From assembly GCA_000004985.1 (NCBI GenBank), contig GG739588.1: a stretch of 1,059 nt of DNA; one strand, written 5' to 3'. This DNA comes from Naegleria gruberi. Lineage: Eukaryota. Shown piece by piece: positions 1-1,059 of this stretch (position 1 is the first letter of the stretch; each line of letters starts with the position of its first letter). The notes beneath the pieces were generated by a model, which ran no database searches, was not told where the DNA came from, and saw only the letters and a list, made by a program, of their open reading frames with translations. The position numbers and the translations under genes are program-made.

Positions 1-708
1 TACGTTAATAAGAGTGCTAAACCAACTAGACTTTCAGTATTTGTTAATGATACTTTAAAATTGAGAATTAGACCTTGTGCTTTTGAAAAATCTTCACTCT
101 TTAGTAGTGATGCTATTATTGCTGACATTTCAATTTTCGATCAAAACATGATGAATCTCTTCATTGGCAATTATTCTATTGAAATGAGAAGTGCTCACTA
201 TTTAACAGGACTTGCTGGGGGATTATCAAAGGAAAGTGATCTCTCTACAACAAATATTATGAACACTCCAGATATTTGTATGGAGCTATTATCAGAGAAC
301 TCAATTATTCAATTCACAGAAGATGTCTCAAAGAATAACAACAAATCAACAAATAGTTCGGATGAACCATTTGATGTTTGTGTCTCTGTGAGACGTGATC
401 ATCACTATAAGGTCAAACTCCCTCCAATTAAAGAAGTGAGCATGAGTCTTGGCTTTGGAAATACCTCTCCAAACTCTGCACTCAATAAGAAGATTAGTTT
501 CATTCAGATAGTTGAAACTGATTCACAAAGACCAGTTTGTAGATCAGAACCTTTTTGGTGTAGAAGTAAGAGCAGAGCAGAAATGGAAAAGAAACAAAAT
601 AGAGAAGCCATGCAACGAAAAACTGTAAAGAAAGATGGTGAAAAGAAGAGAAAACCAAAATCTCCATCAGATCAAGAAAAAAAGAGAAAACTGGATTCAG
701 ATGAATAA
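1..708 (+). CDS. The product is a hypothetical protein, 5'-partial, with a C-terminal basic NLS-like tail and probably eukaryotic and nuclear. The ORF track lists 61..708 from TTG. The same frame is open back to base 1, with no stop in codons 1-60. The first in-frame ATGs are at 148-153. The stop is TAA at 706-708.
   Basis: Seen in sequence: one uninterrupted reading frame runs from base 1 to TAA 706-708. Translating bases 1-60 gives a plausible beta-strand-like peptide (YVNKSAKPTRLSVFVNDTLKL...) that continues smoothly into the track ORF. A chance 49-codon stop-free stretch before the first ATG is unlikely at this AT content, since roughly 8-10% of random codons would be stops. No GGAGG/AGGA-type ribosome-binding site lies 5-12 nt upstream of TTG-61 or ATG-148. 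The protein shows an amphipathic alternating hydrophobic pattern in aa 1-90. Aa 90-102 are Ser/Asn-rich low complexity (SKNNNKSTNSSDE). Aa 168-215 form a Lys/Arg/Glu-rich tail with KKRK (nt 643-654), a 9-residue spacer and KKRKL (nt 679-693). Codon bias is coherent across the ORF (AGA Arg, CCA Pro, TCA/AGT/TCT Ser). I do not recognise the protein family. Confidence 0.62.
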   Translation, partial: YVNKSAKPTRLSVFVNDTLKLRIRPCAFEKSSLFSSDAIIADISIFDQNMMNLFIGNYSIEMRSAHYLTGLAGGLSKESDLSTTNIMNTPDICMELLSENSIIQFTEDVSKNNNKSTNSSDEPFDVCVSVRRDHHYKVKLPPIKEVSMSLGFGNTSPNSALNKKISFIQIVETDSQRPVCRSEPFWCRSKSRAEMEKKQNREAMQRKTVKKDGEKKRKPKSPSDQEKKRKLDSDE

Positions 709-800
709 ATGTAAATATTCATATTAGTATTTAATTTTTTAATTTTTTCTTTATTGTCTTTAAATCGTTCAATAAATATTTAACAAGAAATACTTGACGA
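704..800 (+). terminator. This is a putative eukaryotic-type 3'-end processing region: two AATAAA hexamers (704-709 overlapping the stop, and 771-776) flanked by a U-rich tract (731-760). The cleavage/poly(A) site is predicted roughly at 785-800.
   Basis: Seen in sequence: AATAAA at 704-709 and at 771-776. A T-rich stretch 'ttaattttttaattttttctttattgtcttt' lies at 731-761. TAYRTA-like 'catattagtat' lies at 716-730. There is no GC-rich stem-loop followed by a T-run, so this is not a bacterial intrinsic terminator. Reading it as a poly(A) signal is inference from established eukaryotic 3'-end signals. Confidence 0.35.
733..748. repeat. Simple tandem duplication of the octamer AATTTTTT (two copies at 733-740 and 741-748), giving a low-complexity T-rich tract.
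   Basis: Seen directly in the sequence, at 'taattttttaattttttc'. Confidence 0.5.
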
Positions 801-832
801 ATCATTACAATGATAGACCAGTGACAACCATC

Positions 833-849
833 AAAAAAAATTTATAATA
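833..849 (+). promoter_or_regulatory. An A8 homopolymer (833-840) is immediately followed by a TATA-like element TTTATAATA (841-849). It could be the core promoter for a transcription unit starting downstream, where GC content rises.
   Basis: Seen in sequence: 'caaaaaaaatttataatacc'. The TATAAT hexamer at 843-848 is not partnered by a -35 at 17±1 bp (the only TTGACG, at 794-799, is 43 bp away), so a sigma70 promoter is not supported. A TATA-box reading fits the other eukaryotic signals, but A/T-rich hexamers are common in 35%-GC DNA. Confidence 0.2.
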
Positions 850-873
850 CCGATTATTATACACTACAATTTT

Positions 874-895
874 TCGAATCTATTCAGATTCTCGA
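874..895. other. Imperfect inverted repeat or hairpin: TCGAATC (874-880), loop TATTCA (881-886), GATTC-(TC bulge)-GA (887-895).
   Basis: Seen in sequence: 7 bp of complementarity with a 2-nt bulge, a 6-nt loop and no following T-run. It is weak and could arise by chance. Confidence 0.2.
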
Positions 896-1059
896 CCAAG
901 CACTCTTGTGATGGTGTACTTTTGGAGTGTGTATCGTAGGAACAAAGTTCATTCACAGCTTCGTCATTGGACGGGGACTTTTAGGAGTGGAGTTATCGCC
1001 TAGCCTTTAAGTTGCATAGTTGGAAACTAACCAAGAGTTAGACCGTGACTAATGGAAAC

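Noticed and set aside
148-154. TGATGA (C-box-like) and a search for C/D snoRNA
   Set aside because: The motif lies inside the coding frame (Met-Met-Asn codons). No CTGA D-box or terminal stem exists in the non-coding region 709-1059.
1-708. Assigning the protein to a checkpoint-clamp (Rad1/Rad17/Hus1-like) or other named family
   Set aside because: Only vague pattern similarity (beta-rich domain plus basic NLS tail) from memory, with no alignable conserved motif I can verify without a search. Naming it would be speculation.
701-760. Rho-independent terminator after the stop codon
   Set aside because: Only an AT-only mini-hairpin (GAATA…TATTC, 703-720) and T-rich runs are present. There is no GC-rich stem directly followed by a U-tract, and the T-rich tract is better explained as a eukaryotic U-rich 3'-processing element.
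794-848. Bacterial sigma70-like promoter hexamers: TTGACG at 794-799 and TATAAT at 843-848
   Set aside because: The spacing is 43 bp instead of 16-19 bp, and no properly spaced partner exists for either hexamer. Given the AT content, isolated matches are expected by chance.
868-884. tRNA T-loop-like motif TTCGAATC at 873-880
   Set aside because: The flanking pentamers (AATTT / CTATT) cannot form a T-stem, and no acceptor, D or anticodon arm arrangement could be built on either strand around it.
911-1003. A 30-codon ORF encoding MVYFWSVYRRNKVHSQLRHWTGTFRSGVIA
   Set aside because: It is too short, has no start context or conservation I can assess, and could be a chance ORF or at most a uORF in a 5' leader. 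I do not call it as a CDS.
1021-1059. Resemblance of AACTAACCAAGAGTTAGACC|GTGACT to spliced-leader RNA exons (AACTAAC…TTAGA…C followed by GT)
   Set aside because: Only short shared words match kinetoplastid or nematode SL sequences. There is no consensus GTAAGT-like donor or Sm-site context, and the composition does not fit those genomes. I treat it as coincidence.
1-1059. Defence system, CRISPR array, mobile-element termini or a novel prokaryotic 'system'
   Set aside because: There are no direct repeat/spacer periodicity, terminal inverted repeats, target-site duplications, integrase- or transposase-like ORFs, or operon structure. The window is a single eukaryotic-looking gene 3' end plus spacer, so I report no such system.

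Overview
This AT-rich window (about 35% GC) holds one + strand protein-coding ORF followed by about 350 bp of non-coding sequence. The ORF track lists it as 61..708 from a TTG start, but the same frame has no stop codon back to base 1, so the gene most likely begins upstream of the window (5'-partial CDS 1..708, stop TAA 706-708). The first in-frame ATGs are the tandem pair at 148-153. The product appears to be an alternating hydrophobic/polar beta-rich region, then a Ser/Asn-rich low-complexity segment, then a highly basic C-terminal tail containing a textbook bipartite NLS-like motif (KKRK-X8-KKRKL) and a KSPS site. Several things argue for a eukaryotic nuclear gene from an AT-rich eukaryote, not a bacterial or phage gene: the NLS-like tail, the absence of any Shine-Dalgarno sequence before either candidate start, two AATAAA hexamers (one overlapping the stop and one 63 nt downstream in a U-rich context), and a TATA-like TTTATAATA further downstream. 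Codon usage (CTC/CTT Leu, TCA Ser, AGA Arg, CCA Pro, GGA Gly) fits nematode- or plant-like usage better than S. cerevisiae. The downstream 709-1059 region is non-coding in all six frames, apart from a 30-codon ORF and an ATG 8 nt from the window edge. It rises in GC after about 895 and may carry the promoter and 5' end of a neighbouring transcription unit or a ncRNA. I cannot identify it as a tRNA, snoRNA, SL RNA or LTR by eye. I find no CRISPR array, mobile-element termini, bacterial promoter/terminator architecture or defence-system signature. The 'novel system' premise is not supported here: this looks like an ordinary gene 3' end plus intergenic spacer.
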